Below, piece after piece: positions 32,234 to 43,214 of a DNA stretch of 64,000 nt (position 1 is the stretch's first letter; each line of letters starts with the position of its first letter). The stretch covers positions 384,001 through 448,000 of the forward strand of contig CBDDEL010000013.1 in NCBI GenBank assembly GCA_965226885.1, in the 5' to 3' direction. The position numbers and the translations under genes are program-made. The stretch is from Opitutales bacterium (GTDB taxonomy: Bacteria > Verrucomicrobiota > Verrucomicrobiia > Opitutales > UBA2987). A model generated the notes under the pieces. It was not told where the DNA came from. It worked only from the letters and a program-made list of their open reading frames with translations, and searched no databases.

Positions 32234-33035
32234 GGTAGTGTATAAAAAAAGAATGTTATTTTGTATTTTTAGCTGTACAAATAGCGTTAGGCAGTTTATT
32301 CTTAGTGCATGGTTACTAAAATTATTAATTGTCGGCACTGTGGAAGTGAAAATATCATTAAATTTGGCAAGACGCCCAACCATAAACAGCGCTACCGCTG
32401 CCATGATTGTGGTAAACAAAGCCGCGAAAACCCCACAGTGAAATACACCGAAGAGCAAAAAGAAATGATCCTTCGAGTCTATCAGGAACGCAGCAGTCTA
32501 CGCGGTTTACAGCGCGCCTTCGGGGTGAGTCCCAACACCGTTTTGAGTTGGTTAAAAGAAACGACAATCGCTGCGACCGCTCAAAAGCACGATTCTTGCG
32601 GCCCGCCGCCATGATGTCATTGAACTGGACGAACTGTGGTCTTTTGTGGGGCGCAAGAGCGATGCCCAATGGGTTTGGATCGCTCTTTGCCGACGCACCC
32701 GTCAAATCCTCTCCTATGCCATTGGGCCTCGGGATTGGTATCGTTGCCGGGAACTTTACGAGCGTCTGCCACGGGCCTACAAAAGATGTGCCACCTACAG
32801 CGACTTTTGGAGCACTTATGATGAAGTCTTTCCTCATAACCGATCCGTGGGAAAAGAAACCGGTGAAACGGCCCATGTGGAACGATGGAACAATACCCTG
32901 CGCCAACGACTGGGTCGTTTCACACGCAAAACCCTCTCCTTTTCCAAGCTTAAGAGTATGCATGAAACCTGTCTGAGACTTTTCATTCATCAATATAATC
33001 AAGAATTAGCCACCATTCCTACTTAATACACTACC
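32234..33035 (+). mobile_element. IS1-family element (802 bp, complete)
   Basis: IRs GGTAGTGTAT…ATACACTACC; 8-bp TSD CTTTATTC. Confidence 0.95.
32309..33026 (+). CDS. IS1-family transposase in two frames (InsA-like 32309-32614; InsB-like to 33026); the slippery run is mutated in this copy
   Basis: Zn ribbon CRHC…CHDC plus [29 protein letters not shown]. Confidence 0.88.
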
Positions 33036-33078
33036 CTTTATTCATCCAAAAGCTAACCGAAAATCGGAATGAACAAAA

Positions 33079-34422
33079 ATGATAGGTAAAATCACAGGTT
33101 TTTTTAAGTCGGGTCCCGATCTTCCCTTGATCCAGGACGAAGGAAAAGTCCGCGCCATCTATGAGCGTAAACGTATATGTATTTTCACCTGGCTGATCTT
33201 GGGTTACGGATTTTTCTACACCTGCCGGCTGAGCCTTTCGGTGGCCAAAAAACCGATGCTGGATGCCGGGATTTTGTCCGTTCCCGAGATGGGAATCATC
33301 GGCGCGGCCTTATTTTACGTATATGCATTCGGCAAATGTTGTAACGGGTTTTTGGCCGACCGAGCGAATATCCGCAAATTCATGTCCCTCGCCCTGCTCT
33401 GTTCGGCCATCGTCAATATCTTTTTCGGGCTAACCAGCCATTTTATTATATTTATGATTTTGTGGCTGCTCAACGGGTGGTTCCAGTCGATCGGGTCGGC
33501 CCCCAGCGTGGTTTCGTTGTGCCAATGGTTCAGCCATCAGGAGCGGGGACGGCGCTACGGCATCTGGGCGGGCGCGCATAATCTGGGGGAGGGGCTGACT
33601 TTCCTGGGCACCGCCTTACTGATCAGCTATTTTGGATGGCGCTACGGTTTCATAGGGCCGGGAATCGCCTGTGTGGGCATGGCAATCATCCTTTATTTCA
33701 ACCTGGGCGACAGGCCGCAAACCTACGGCCTCCCCCAGGTTTCCGAATACCGCCAGGATTTTTCAGCCGGTAAGCCAAGCAGCGAATCGATCGGCAGGCA
33801 GCAATTGATAGTGTTAAAAAGCCCGATCGTCTGGATAATGGGTCTGAGCAGCGCATTCATGTATGTGGGCCGCTATGCCATCAACAGCTGGGGAATTTTT
33901 TATCTGCAAACGGCCAAAGGCTACGACCTGGTCGTGGCAGGGGGGGCTATGGCCCTTTATCCCATATTGGGCTTTCTGGGCGCCGTGCTTTCCGGCTGGG
34001 TCTCGGAAAAGGTTTTTAATTCCCGCAGAAATGTTCCCACTCTCTTTTACGGCCTGTGCGAAACCATTTCACTGATTATGCTCTATCTCGTGCCGCCGGG
34101 GCATTTTTACCTCGACGCCCTGGCCCTGGGCCTATTCGGGTTCGGTATCGGTGGTTTGATCGTGTTTCTAGCCGGACTGACCGCGGTGGATTTAATGCCC
34201 AAAGGGGCGGTCGGAGCCGTTAAGGGCATGATCGGACTATTCAGCTACATGGCGGCAGCCACCCAGGACTGGATCAGCGGGCTGCTCATCAATGCCGGCA
34301 AATCAATGGTTGGCGGAGAGGAAGTTTTTGATTTCCGCTGGGCCTTTTATTTCTGGATCAGCAGCTCAGTCCTGTCCATGGCATTTGCCCTCGCAGTGTG
34401 GAATAAGAAAGCCCACGAGTAG
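33079..34422 (+). CDS. MFS transporter, organophosphate:Pi antiporter (UhpC/GlpT-like) family
   Basis: GYGFFYTCR, NGFLADR.N.RKF, NGWFQS.G, WF…ERG. Confidence 0.9.
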   Translation: MIGKITGFFKSGPDLPLIQDEGKVRAIYERKRICIFTWLILGYGFFYTCRLSLSVAKKPMLDAGILSVPEMGIIGAALFYVYAFGKCCNGFLADRANIRKFMSLALLCSAIVNIFFGLTSHFIIFMILWLLNGWFQSIGSAPSVVSLCQWFSHQERGRRYGIWAGAHNLGEGLTFLGTALLISYFGWRYGFIGPGIACVGMAIILYFNLGDRPQTYGLPQVSEYRQDFSAGKPSSESIGRQQLIVLKSPIVWIMGLSSAFMYVGRYAINSWGIFYLQTAKGYDLVVAGGAMALYPILGFLGAVLSGWVSEKVFNSRRNVPTLFYGLCETISLIMLYLVPPGHFYLDALALGLFGFGIGGLIVFLAGLTAVDLMPKGAVGAVKGMIGLFSYMAAATQDWISGLLINAGKSMVGGEEVFDFRWAFYFWISSSVLSMAFALAVWNKKAHE

Positions 34423-34543
34423 AGTATTGGCCACATTTTCTGAGCGGTTTCCTCAACCTGCCGGAATTACCCCGTTGAAAGTAAAAATTTCCTTGCTCAA
34501 TGAGGAAAATATCAAAAGAATGGGCGTGATTGAGTAGCTTACC

Positions 34544-35249
34544 ATGTCAGAATCAGAAGAAGAAGAACCCGTAGCAGAGGAATACTACATCCGCGCACCG
34601 GACTCGGAGGACGCGCGCGGCCCATTTAATATGGAGAAACTGTCTTCACTGGTGGAAATCGACCAGGTGGACAAAGAAACCCTCTATTACGACGACGAAA
34701 AAGAAGAGTGGCTTGCCTTCAGCGCTTGCCTTCAGCGATAACAAGGAGTTGGCCAGCCGGGTTTTTCCGGAAAAAAAGAAACTCATCCTGAGAGCCAAAT
34801 CGGACGAAGACATGGATCTGCTCAATGCCTCGGAAGATGAAATAGAAGCCATATCAGTGTCGGATATGCTTGCTGCGGCAGAGGGAGACACGGAGGAGAC
34901 GAAGCACCTCAAAGAAGCCGCCAAGTGGGAGGAAAAGGCCGCCGGTTTATCGATGCCTATACTCGGTTTTATCATGCTCATCAGCACCTTCAACAACGTG
35001 TTTCCCAATTACTCCGTCATCATGGATGTGGTGAACGATGAGAACTACCTGGCGCTGTTGGAAAAACCCCTCCTGCTGGTCGGATTTGCGGACCTGTTTC
35101 TGGCCGTTTTCCTTTTACTGTCGGTCTCCGATATATTTCCCATGGTCAGATTTCGGGCCATGCTGGGGTTGGGCTATTTCGGGTTTTTCCACTGGGGACA
35201 ATGGCAGACCGGAGATGAAAGCTCCATGATCCTGATGGCTGCCGGAATC
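34544..35249 (+). pseudogene. GYF_2 (DUF4339)-like membrane protein, frameshifted by a 13-bp duplication and truncated by IS1
   Basis: EYYIR…RGPFNMEKL…ETLYYD…EEW; continues in another frame after the repeat at 34711-34736. Confidence 0.7.
34711..34736 (+). repeat. 13-bp tandem duplication GCTTGCCTTCAGC x2
   Basis: Seen directly. Confidence 0.92.
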
Positions 35250-35813
35250 GGTAGTGTATAAAAAAAGAATGTTATTTGGTATTTTTAGCTGTACAAATAG
35301 CGTTAGGCAGTTTATTCTTAGTGCATGGTTACTAAAATTATTAATTGTCAGCACTGTGGAAGTGAAAATATCATTAAATTTGGCAAGACGCCCAACCATA
35401 AACAGCGCTACCGCTGCCATGATTGTGGTAAACAAAGCCGCGAAAACCCCACAGTGAAATACACCGAAGAGCAAAAAGAAATGATCCTTCGAGTCTATCA
35501 GGAACGCAGCAGTCTACGCGGTTTACAGCGCGCCTTCGGGGTGAGTCCCAACACCGTTTTGAGTTGGTTAAAAAAAACGACAATCGCTGCGACCGCTCAA
35601 AAGCACGATTCTTGCGGCCCGCCGCCATGATGTCATTGAACTGGACGAACTGTGGTCTTTTGTGGGGCGCAAGAGCGATGCCCAATGGGTTTGGATCGCT
35701 CTTTGCCGACGCACCCGTCAAATCCTCTCCTATGCCATTGGGCCTCGGGATTGGTATCGTTGCCGGGAACTTTACGAGCGTCTGCCACGGGCCTACAAAA
35801 GATGTGCCACCTA
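35250..35813 (+). mobile_element. IS1-family element, left part only (truncated by the IS5/ISNCY-like element)
   Basis: Left IR at 35250; InsA-like ORF 35325-35630; stops at …GATGTGCCACCTA. Confidence 0.92.
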
Positions 35814-37410
35814 GAGGCTGTCCCAAAAGGGTGATTTTTGCGAGGGCTTTTGATAGGCGCTCATTTTAGAGGTATTTGCATTTGGGAGAGTATCAACTTT
35901 GCTCTCCTATGACGTTAGGATACTGGTTTTGGGGTCCGGTTGCCTGGTTTTCTTTGTATGAGCCGACAGTACGGCTGTGAAAAAGTATTGTCCTTGCTTT
36001 TCCGCTCTCTAGCCCGGATATTTCATGAAGGGTAAAGTTTGGCTCGTTATTGCTATTGGAGATGGATTTCTTTGTATTTTGAGCAGATCGTCTTGATTTT
36101 TAGGTGTTTTTCAGGGTGTAGAGACACTGCCCCCTTTCCCCCATTGGTTCGGTAGTGCCGGGGGCAGCACCAATGCACCCTTTAGGTTGGCACCAATCGG
36201 CGGGCCGCATGGTTGAAAAGACTGGCCCAAGGATAACTCTCACTTAGGTGAAAGTGAATCGTTCGGGTGTTGCGCACGATGACCGCTCCGATCTTGATTA
36301 ATTTGAGCCGCAGGGTGTGGCATTGGGCCCGCGCCCACTTCGTCCCTTTTAAGGCTAACCGGCGCATGGCTTCCATCAAGGTGTAGGCCAGCGCCGACAA
36401 GAGCAATCGCCACTGATTGGCCCACCATTGATGGGCGCTGGTGCGCTCGCTGAACAATTGCATCTGTTCCTTGATTCGGTTCTCCATTTCACCGCGGCCA
36501 CAGTATACCTTGTCGTAAAGCTCCTGGGGATCGCCCGGCAGGTTCGTCACCACGAAGCGCGGGTTGGACCCCTGTGCGGTGTGTTCGGCTTTATGGATGA
36601 CCAACCGCAGCCATCGCCACGAATCGGCAGCATAGACGAGGTCCTGGAATAACCGTTGTTTTTTACCCCTTAGTTCGAACCATTCTTTGGCCTGCTTTTG
36701 CAACTGCTGGGCGTCTTGCTGCAAGCGTGCATTGCGAGCCATCCCCACGATGTAACTAACTTCGTTGCGGTCGCACCAAGAGAGTATCCGGTCTCGACAA
36801 AATCCACTGTCGGCGCGCCAAATAATCCGCGTACGGGGCCAGCTTTGGCGAATCCGTTTAACCAGCAATTTGAGGATGGCCCCGGCATGCTTGCTGGCAT
36901 CGATCTTGCTCGGCCGCAGGTAGGCCACCAGCAGCTGATCACCGCAAAAAACATATAGCGGCAGAAAACAGTAATGATCATAATAACCGTGGAAAAAACG
37001 TCCCTCCTGGAGCCCGTGCACCGGATTGTCGGTGCCGTCAAAGTCCAGGATGATCTCTTCGGGTTCCTCGGCAAAGGAGCCCATGAACTGTTCGACCAAC
37101 AGCTCGTTTACCGCAAAGGCCGCCCGCCGATCCTGCCCGTTTTCAAAACGACACAAAGTCGGCGCGCTGGCCAACGTTTCAATGCGCCCCGTTACCGTTT
37201 GCAACAATGGATCGTGGCGCAGGGTATCAAAGTCGTTCAAATCCTCATAGCCCGCCACCAGCCCGTAAACGCGCTGCCGCAGCATCCCCAAGACCTCATG
37301 GCGTACTTTGCCCTTCTGCCGTTTGTCCACTAACTGTCGGGCCGCTCGTTCGGTCAAGCCCAACTGCCGATCCACTTCCCGGATCAAAAGCAGTCCGGCA
37401 TCCGAAGTAA

Positions 37411-38541
37411 TACCAAATCTCATTAGGTATGATAATAAGTTATTTGGCAGAAGCGTTTGCTTGAATGTGCTGCCAGCCTCCGCCAACTAAAGAGAGGACT
37501 TTTTCAGTGTCCTCCCACCAGTCTTTGAGATGGGTTGCGACGACTTCTTCGAGTCGCTCAATGCTCGGCCACAGTTTGTTGGCCGTTTGATCCTGTATCA
37601 TATCCCAAAGTCTTTCAATCGGGTTGAGTTCAGGACTATACGGCGGCAAATTCACGATATGTATGCCCGGGGGGACGTTGGGGTGCTCCGAGTCGTGCGG
37701 ATGGAAGCCTGCCCCGTCCCATACAACCACATGTTCCTCCTCAGGATATTGCTTTTTGATCTGTTGGAGGAAAGCCTCCGTCCACTGTAGATTCGTGCTA
37801 GGGGTTTGGATGCATACCATCTCGCCGTTGACCACGTCGAGGGCTCCGTAACAGTAGCTCCACTGGTATCTTGTCTGATATTTTTTGTGCGGCCGAAGCC
37901 CTCTTTGCGTCCAGCACCGGCGGTACACCGGAAGCAAACCAAAACGGCTTTCATCGGCAAACCACACCCGAACCCGATTGCCTCGGGTGAGGGAAAGCTC
38001 CTGGAGGATCTTAAAAAAGTCTCGCTTGAACGCTTCCGCTTTTGCCGAGTCCCGTTTCTCATGCACGGGGCGAGGGACTCGAAGCACCCCGGCGCATTTT
38101 TTTAGCCATCGCCACACCGTCTTGTAGGCGAAGGAGCGCCCGAAATGTCGCTCCAGCTCTTGCCCCGCCTGAACGGCTGTGTTCCAGCGCGCGACCTTCA
38201 AACCATTGAGCAAGAAGGCCTCCACCTCTTTGTCGCAACGGCTTTTGATCCCGCCTTTGTAGGCGCGTGTAAGCACCGCCCCGAGCCCTGCAGCACGATA
38301 TTTGTCAAACCAACGCTGGATCGTCGCTTTGCCTCGGCCCACGATGGCTCCAATTTCATCAATGCTGTGGTGCGGCTGGAAGCCCATTTTTAATGCCACC
38401 AAACGCTCTTTACGCCAGCCGACAGCCTCTTTGTTGAGCAATTTCTTGATACGTTCACGGTCTTCATCGGTTCCCATATATCTTCTCATTCCGCCTTTAT
38501 AGCTGTTTTTTAATCTTTATCAATCCTTTTGCGATTTGGTA
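37411..38541 (-). mobile_element. IS630-family element (about 1131 bp)
   Basis: IRs TACCAAATC…GATTTGGTA; TA(A) duplicated at 37408-37410 and 38542-38544. Confidence 0.9.
37440..38489 (-). CDS. IS630-family transposase
   Basis: WFADESRFG, VVWDGAGFH, LPPYSPELNPIERLW. Confidence 0.93.
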   Translation of the reverse strand: MRRYMGTDEDRERIKKLLNKEAVGWRKERLVALKMGFQPHHSIDEIGAIVGRGKATIQRWFDKYRAAGLGAVLTRAYKGGIKSRCDKEVEAFLLNGLKVARWNTAVQAGQELERHFGRSFAYKTVWRWLKKCAGVLRVPRPVHEKRDSAKAEAFKRDFFKILQELSLTRGNRVRVWFADESRFGLLPVYRRCWTQRGLRPHKKYQTRYQWSYCYGALDVVNGEMVCIQTPSTNLQWTEAFLQQIKKQYPEEEHVVVWDGAGFHPHDSEHPNVPPGIHIVNLPPYSPELNPIERLWDMIQDQTANKLWPSIERLEEVVATHLKDWWEDTEKVLSLVGGGWQHIQANASAK

Positions 38542-38713
38542 TAACCTCTCCGCCCTTGAAATCAACCCGCACACGGCGGCCTTTTACCCTTGTCAACTGT
38601 AGCTTTAATTGTTTACCTTTTGTCATCGCTGATATTGCTTTAATTATTGATCTATCCTGCTGTATATCAGCAGTTAAGCATATCAACGATACTTTTTTTA
38701 CGAAATATCCGGG

Positions 38714-40195
38714 CTAGGCCGCCGCTTTGGTTTTTAGTTCGTCTTGCTGGGCCAGCATCTTGGCTACTTTCCATAGGTTGTGCGAGAGTACCGACCAGGC
38801 TACGCTGATCGAGCGGTTGGCAAAGCCTTTGCTGCGCAACCGCCCGGCCTGCCAGCGATTCTTCAATACCCCGATCCGCCCTTCGGTGCTGGCCCGGCGC
38901 TTTTGCAATTGTCTGAACAGTGGTTCCTCCATCCGTTTTTTCAACTGCTTCGGATCGCGTGGACAGAGCGCGTCGTAGATTCCCTCCTGGGCTAACTGCC
39001 GGCGGGCCCGCTGGGAGGCAAATCCCCGGTCCGCGCACATGGCCGCTATGGGTTCTTCCAGGTTGAAGCGGTTCTGTCTTTGCAAACTCTCTTGCATTTG
39101 TTCATTTTCGCTTGGAGTTCGGCTGCCGTAGAGTTTCCAGTCCAGCAGGTACCCTTCAACGCTTTCTCCCAAAAACAGGGTGTTGCCGAACTCGACCTCT
39201 TGGCCCGCTTTACCTCGCACAATCACCTGCCCATCGAGTTCGTAAACACTCAAGACTTTCTCTGCGTTTTTCACCTGGCGGCGGCCAATGATCCGCTCGT
39301 GCGCCTGTTTGATGACCACCGGGATTTGCTCGCTCATGCGCTCCATCCGGGCGAGGATCTGTTGGACCTGTTTTTCGCTGTAATCGCTTTGCTCCCAGCA
39401 GGCTTGCAATAATTCCCGGTGACTGCGGGCATGCTCCCCGATCCGTTTGAGCAGCTTTTTCATCTGCCTCAAGATACCCTTGCGCTGCCGCGCGCTGTCC
39501 TTTCGCCGCCGGCTGTGGGTCATCTGTATGCACAGCCGATTCATCTGCCGAGCCAAGGGCTCCGGTTCGATCGGCATGCGATGGCGCAAACCGGCCTTCT
39601 CGCGGATCAGCCGGATCGCTTTGAGCAACGTGCCGGCTACATCCTTGAGTAATACCCAGTCCGTCGGCCAATGAATGTTAGCCTCCAAACAGGTGCCGTC
39701 GATCAGGCAAATGGTGGTGTCAATCGGCTTGTCCAATCCCACCTGCCGGGCCAGAAGGGCATCGCCCACCACCTCAGTCAAGGTCCGGTGCAAGGCCCTC
39801 AACTGCTCTTCGCTGAAAAACTTCGAGGCCCGCTCCAGGGTGCTTTTGGAGATGCCCCTGATGCCATCGATCTGCCGGACACGGCAAAAGTCGGCCAACA
39901 GATCGCTGCTGCCCAGAGCCCGCGACAAATGCCGAAACGAAATCCCTCCGAGCAGACGGCCCAGCGTATCCATGCGCAGTGCCTTGATGGCAAAACTGGC
40001 CCGCTGCCGCCGGGCCTTTAGACCCATTGGCGGCCACCCCTCCAAGGCCAGCTCAATGGCCTGCGATTCCACCTCCGAGTCGATCAGCAGCCGATCGATT
40101 CGATCAATGGTGGCGCGGAAGTTATCGTAATCGAGGCACCGGTCGACCACAGCTAAAGCTGGACGCAGGAGGCATTGGATGGCTATATTTTTCAT
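38714..40195 (-). CDS. IS5/ISNCY-like DDE transposase (493 aa)
   Basis: IDGTCLEANIHWPTD..LL, RGKAGQEVEFGN, ADRGF, R.STEGRIG.LK. Confidence 0.88.
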   Translation of the reverse strand: MKNIAIQCLLRPALAVVDRCLDYDNFRATIDRIDRLLIDSEVESQAIELALEGWPPMGLKARRQRASFAIKALRMDTLGRLLGGISFRHLSRALGSSDLLADFCRVRQIDGIRGISKSTLERASKFFSEEQLRALHRTLTEVVGDALLARQVGLDKPIDTTICLIDGTCLEANIHWPTDWVLLKDVAGTLLKAIRLIREKAGLRHRMPIEPEPLARQMNRLCIQMTHSRRRKDSARQRKGILRQMKKLLKRIGEHARSHRELLQACWEQSDYSEKQVQQILARMERMSEQIPVVIKQAHERIIGRRQVKNAEKVLSVYELDGQVIVRGKAGQEVEFGNTLFLGESVEGYLLDWKLYGSRTPSENEQMQESLQRQNRFNLEEPIAAMCADRGFASQRARRQLAQEGIYDALCPRDPKQLKKRMEEPLFRQLQKRRASTEGRIGVLKNRWQAGRLRSKGFANRSISVAWSVLSHNLWKVAKMLAQQDELKTKAAA

Positions 40196-40498
40196 AGAAA
40201 GGGCTATATTGATTTTCGCTAACTCAATTATAGAACCCTTTTTTGGCCGGATCGAGCAAAAACTTGCTCTTTCCGGCTCTTTTTATCAACGTCATCCAGT
40301 TGACTATAAAATCTTTATATTTTTGGGACAGCCTCTAGAATAGGGGAAATACCCCACCTTTATTTTCCCCAAAGCAATGCCCTATTGGGGTCTTTTTTTT
40401 GTTCAATTCGGGAAAGTCGGTCAATATCATCCAATCCATTGATAAGCACTAATCGCTGTCCAAAATGGAAACAAAATTCTCCGTATTGAAAACTCCGA

Positions 40499-41482
40499 TC
40501 AAAACACCCCCTTTGAGGACGGGTAAAATTGCCAGTCCGCATCTAGGTATATGGAAACCGGTCGGGTAAAAGGGCCCAAGGGCGCATCCGGGTTTTGACA
40601 GGAGGAAATATCCTGGAAGTCTTGCCGGGAAATAGTGTAATGGCGCTCCCGATCGCGGAGAAACAAAGCCTCAATCATGGGCTGGCCGGCAACCAGACCG
40701 GCTGCTTCCGCGATTGTGGAGTCTCCCGGCAGAGAAATAAAGTTCTTGCTGGCAACATCTCCGACGGTCCATCTGCGCAGTGTTTCGCCGCGCTTGACCA
40801 TTTTATACTCCAGTTGCCCGCCGACAAAAATAAAAGCAAGCAGCAGCGCCATTATATCGCTCACATTTTCGTAAAGTAAAGCCGCCACAATACCGCCCGC
40901 GGCCAGAGGCATGGCCACATAGGTTGCCGTCCTCGTCGCGCTGAGGTAGGAATAACGCAGGGCCAGGAGTGCCCGCAGGATGCGCCCGCCGTCCATCGGA
41001 AATATGGGGAGCAAATTAAAAAGACCCATTGCCAGGTTAAATAACAGAAGCGAGAAAAAGAGATCCCTCCAGCCATAGGTAAAATCCGCATAGAGCCATT
41101 CCCAGGGGGACCCTAGAATAATGCGCAAAATCCCGGCCAGGAGAAAATTCACCATGGGCCCGGCCAGGGTTATGAAAAGTTCCCGCAGAGGTTTTCGAGG
41201 AATATGCCCGAATTGCGCCATCCCACCGATGGGCAGCAGCAATATGCGATGTATGGTGATCTTGTAACGCCTGGCCATCAGGCAGTGCCCCAACTCGTGC
41301 AGCACCACGCAGGTGAAGACCAGCAGGATAAGAGAGGTGGACCATACGACACGCGTCCAGTCGCCGTCCCCATCCCGCCAACTGCCCCAGGCCACCCAGG
41401 CCACCAGGAGTAGAAAGGTGAAATGCAGCTCCAGTTGGATGCCAAAGAGGCGGAATAACTTAATTGACCCGTATCTGCCCAT
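40499..41482 (-). CDS. Site-2 protease (M50) family zinc metalloprotease with a degenerate CBS tail
   Basis: HELGH, AGP, FNLLPIFPMDGGR. Confidence 0.9.
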   Translation of the reverse strand: MGRYGSIKLFRLFGIQLELHFTFLLLVAWVAWGSWRDGDGDWTRVVWSTSLILLVFTCVVLHELGHCLMARRYKITIHRILLLPIGGMAQFGHIPRKPLRELFITLAGPMVNFLLAGILRIILGSPWEWLYADFTYGWRDLFFSLLLFNLAMGLFNLLPIFPMDGGRILRALLALRYSYLSATRTATYVAMPLAAGGIVAALLYENVSDIMALLLAFIFVGGQLEYKMVKRGETLRRWTVGDVASKNFISLPGDSTIAEAAGLVAGQPMIEALFLRDRERHYTISRQDFQDISSCQNPDAPLGPFTRPVSIYLDADWQFYPSSKGVF

Positions 41483-41592
41483 AAATTGTTATTAGGTTTC
41501 CCTTTTATCCATTCTCGATCACAATTCCATACCTATAGGAACCAGTTGCAAATATCGACCCCTATTCCCGCAACTGTATCCAGACAATCCAA

Positions 41593-43101
41593 ATGAGCGC
41601 GCCATCCAACCGCGGCAACATACTGATCATCGACGATGACGCTGAGGTGCGCTATTCATTGAACCGGGTGTTAAGCGCCCGCCAATACCGGGTTGTCACT
41701 GCCGCCAGCGGGGAGGAAGGGCTGCGCCTGGCCGAACGGGAAAATTCACAGGTCATTTTCCTCGACAACCGGATGGAGGGATTAAGCGGACTGGAAACAT
41801 TGCAGCGCCTGCATTCCCTCGTGCCCGCCGCCAAGATTATATTAATGACGGCTTACGGCGCTACCCAGACCGCCATTGAAGCCATGAAATTCGGGGCTTT
41901 CGAATATATTCTGAAACCTTTCGATATCGATAAAATCACCGGTCTGGCGGAAAGAGCCTTGCAGGAACTGAAAGAGATTTCCCAAAACCAGGAAGATTCC
42001 GGAGCCTCCTTTAGCCAGGACGAAGATTTCGGTGAACAATTTGTGGGCCATTCCCGGCTCATGCAGGAGGTATTCAAATCGATTGGCAAGGTGGCCGCCA
42101 CCGAGGTTACGGTCATGATAACCGGCGAGAGCGGCACCGGTAAAGAACTGGTCGCCCGCAGCCTATGGCGGCATAGTCTGCGCAGCAGCGGTCCGTTCCT
42201 CTCCGTCAACTGTGCAGCCATTCCCGAAAATTTGATTGAGAGCGAACTCTTCGGTTATGAAAAGGGCACTTTTACGGGCGCTTCCAGGCTCCATCGGGGG
42301 AAATTTGAGCAATGTGACGGGGGCACCCTTTTCCTTGATGAAATTGGTGACATGTCACCGTCCACTCAGACCAAAATCCTTCGCACCCTACAGGAAGGAG
42401 AAATCCAACGCATCGGCGCTTCCGAAACCACCAAGGTGGATGTTCGTATGCTTGCGGCCACCCACCGGGACCTCGACAGGATGGTCGCCGACGGCAGTTT
42501 CAGAGAAGATCTTTACTACCGGCTCAACGTCGTCAGGATCGACCTTCCTCCCTTGCGCGAGAGGCCTGAAGATATTCCCCAAATCGTCGATTTTCTGCTC
42601 CGCAGGCTGGTTCGATCGGGCAAGGGGAAAGCGAAGCGAATTTCCACTGAAGGATTGGAGATTTTGCGCCGGCATTCCTGGCCGGGCAATGTGCGCGAGC
42701 TGGAGAATGTTCTGCAAAGAAGCGCCGTTACGGCTCGGGGAGAGACTATTCTGGCTGGAAACCTTCCGGAGGAACTGCACAGCCAGGAAAAGGTTTCAGT
42801 TCGTCCTTCTGTAGAATCGGGAAAAGAGGCAGCGGGAAACACAATCCGCCAGGTCATATCAAGTCCCGAAACGGAATTCGCAGAGAGCGAGCGTAACCGG
42901 GCAACTTTATCCGACGCTCTCGATGTCGCTTATAAAGAAATCCGCCGAGAGCACGACCAATCTATCCTGCGGGTCCTGGAAGAGGAAATCATACAACGGG
43001 CGCTCCGGGAAACGGGGGGCAATCAGGTCCGTACCGCCGCCTTGCTCGGCATTTCAAGAGTGACACTTCGCAAACGAATCCAGGAGTTCGGGCAGGCCTG
43101 A
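41593..43101 (+). CDS. Sigma-54-dependent NtrC/AtoC-family response regulator
   Basis: REC domain, [40 protein letters not shown], Fis-type HTH. Confidence 0.93.
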   Translation: MSAPSNRGNILIIDDDAEVRYSLNRVLSARQYRVVTAASGEEGLRLAERENSQVIFLDNRMEGLSGLETLQRLHSLVPAAKIILMTAYGATQTAIEAMKFGAFEYILKPFDIDKITGLAERALQELKEISQNQEDSGASFSQDEDFGEQFVGHSRLMQEVFKSIGKVAATEVTVMITGESGTGKELVARSLWRHSLRSSGPFLSVNCAAIPENLIESELFGYEKGTFTGASRLHRGKFEQCDGGTLFLDEIGDMSPSTQTKILRTLQEGEIQRIGASETTKVDVRMLAATHRDLDRMVADGSFREDLYYRLNVVRIDLPPLRERPEDIPQIVDFLLRRLVRSGKGKAKRISTEGLEILRRHSWPGNVRELENVLQRSAVTARGETILAGNLPEELHSQEKVSVRPSVESGKEAAGNTIRQVISSPETEFAESERNRATLSDALDVAYKEIRREHDQSILRVLEEEIIQRALRETGGNQVRTAALLGISRVTLRKRIQEFGQA

Positions 43102-43185
43102 CAAATCTTTATAATATTCTTCCCGTCCCGCCGATAAACGGTTTCAACCGATCTTTTCAAAATCTTCGATTTATCCACTTATTTT

Positions 43186-43207
43186 CCATCAAACCACCAT
43201 CAAACCA
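43186..43207 (+). repeat. 11-bp tandem duplication CCATCAAACCA x2 just upstream of a start codon
   Basis: Seen directly. Confidence 0.8.
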
Positions 43208-43214
43208 TTAAACT

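Larger units (their letters stand above)
36013..38713 (-). mobile_element. IS1380 copy F; its transposase (36182-38626) is interrupted by IS630
   Basis: IRs; TSD CTAG (36009-36012, 38714-38717) overlaps the host transposase stop codon. Confidence 0.93.
35814..40335 (-). mobile_element. IS5/ISNCY-like element (1817 bp net) carrying nested IS1380 and IS630
   Basis: IRs GAGGCTGTCCCAAAA…TTTTGGGACAGCCTC; same element as 46838-48664. Confidence 0.9.

Noticed and set aside
36182..37486. 434-aa ORF that looks like a novel transposase fusion
   Set aside because: Chance read-through from the IS630 end into the interrupted IS1380 gene. The 214-aa ORF at 30290-30934 is a similar chimera
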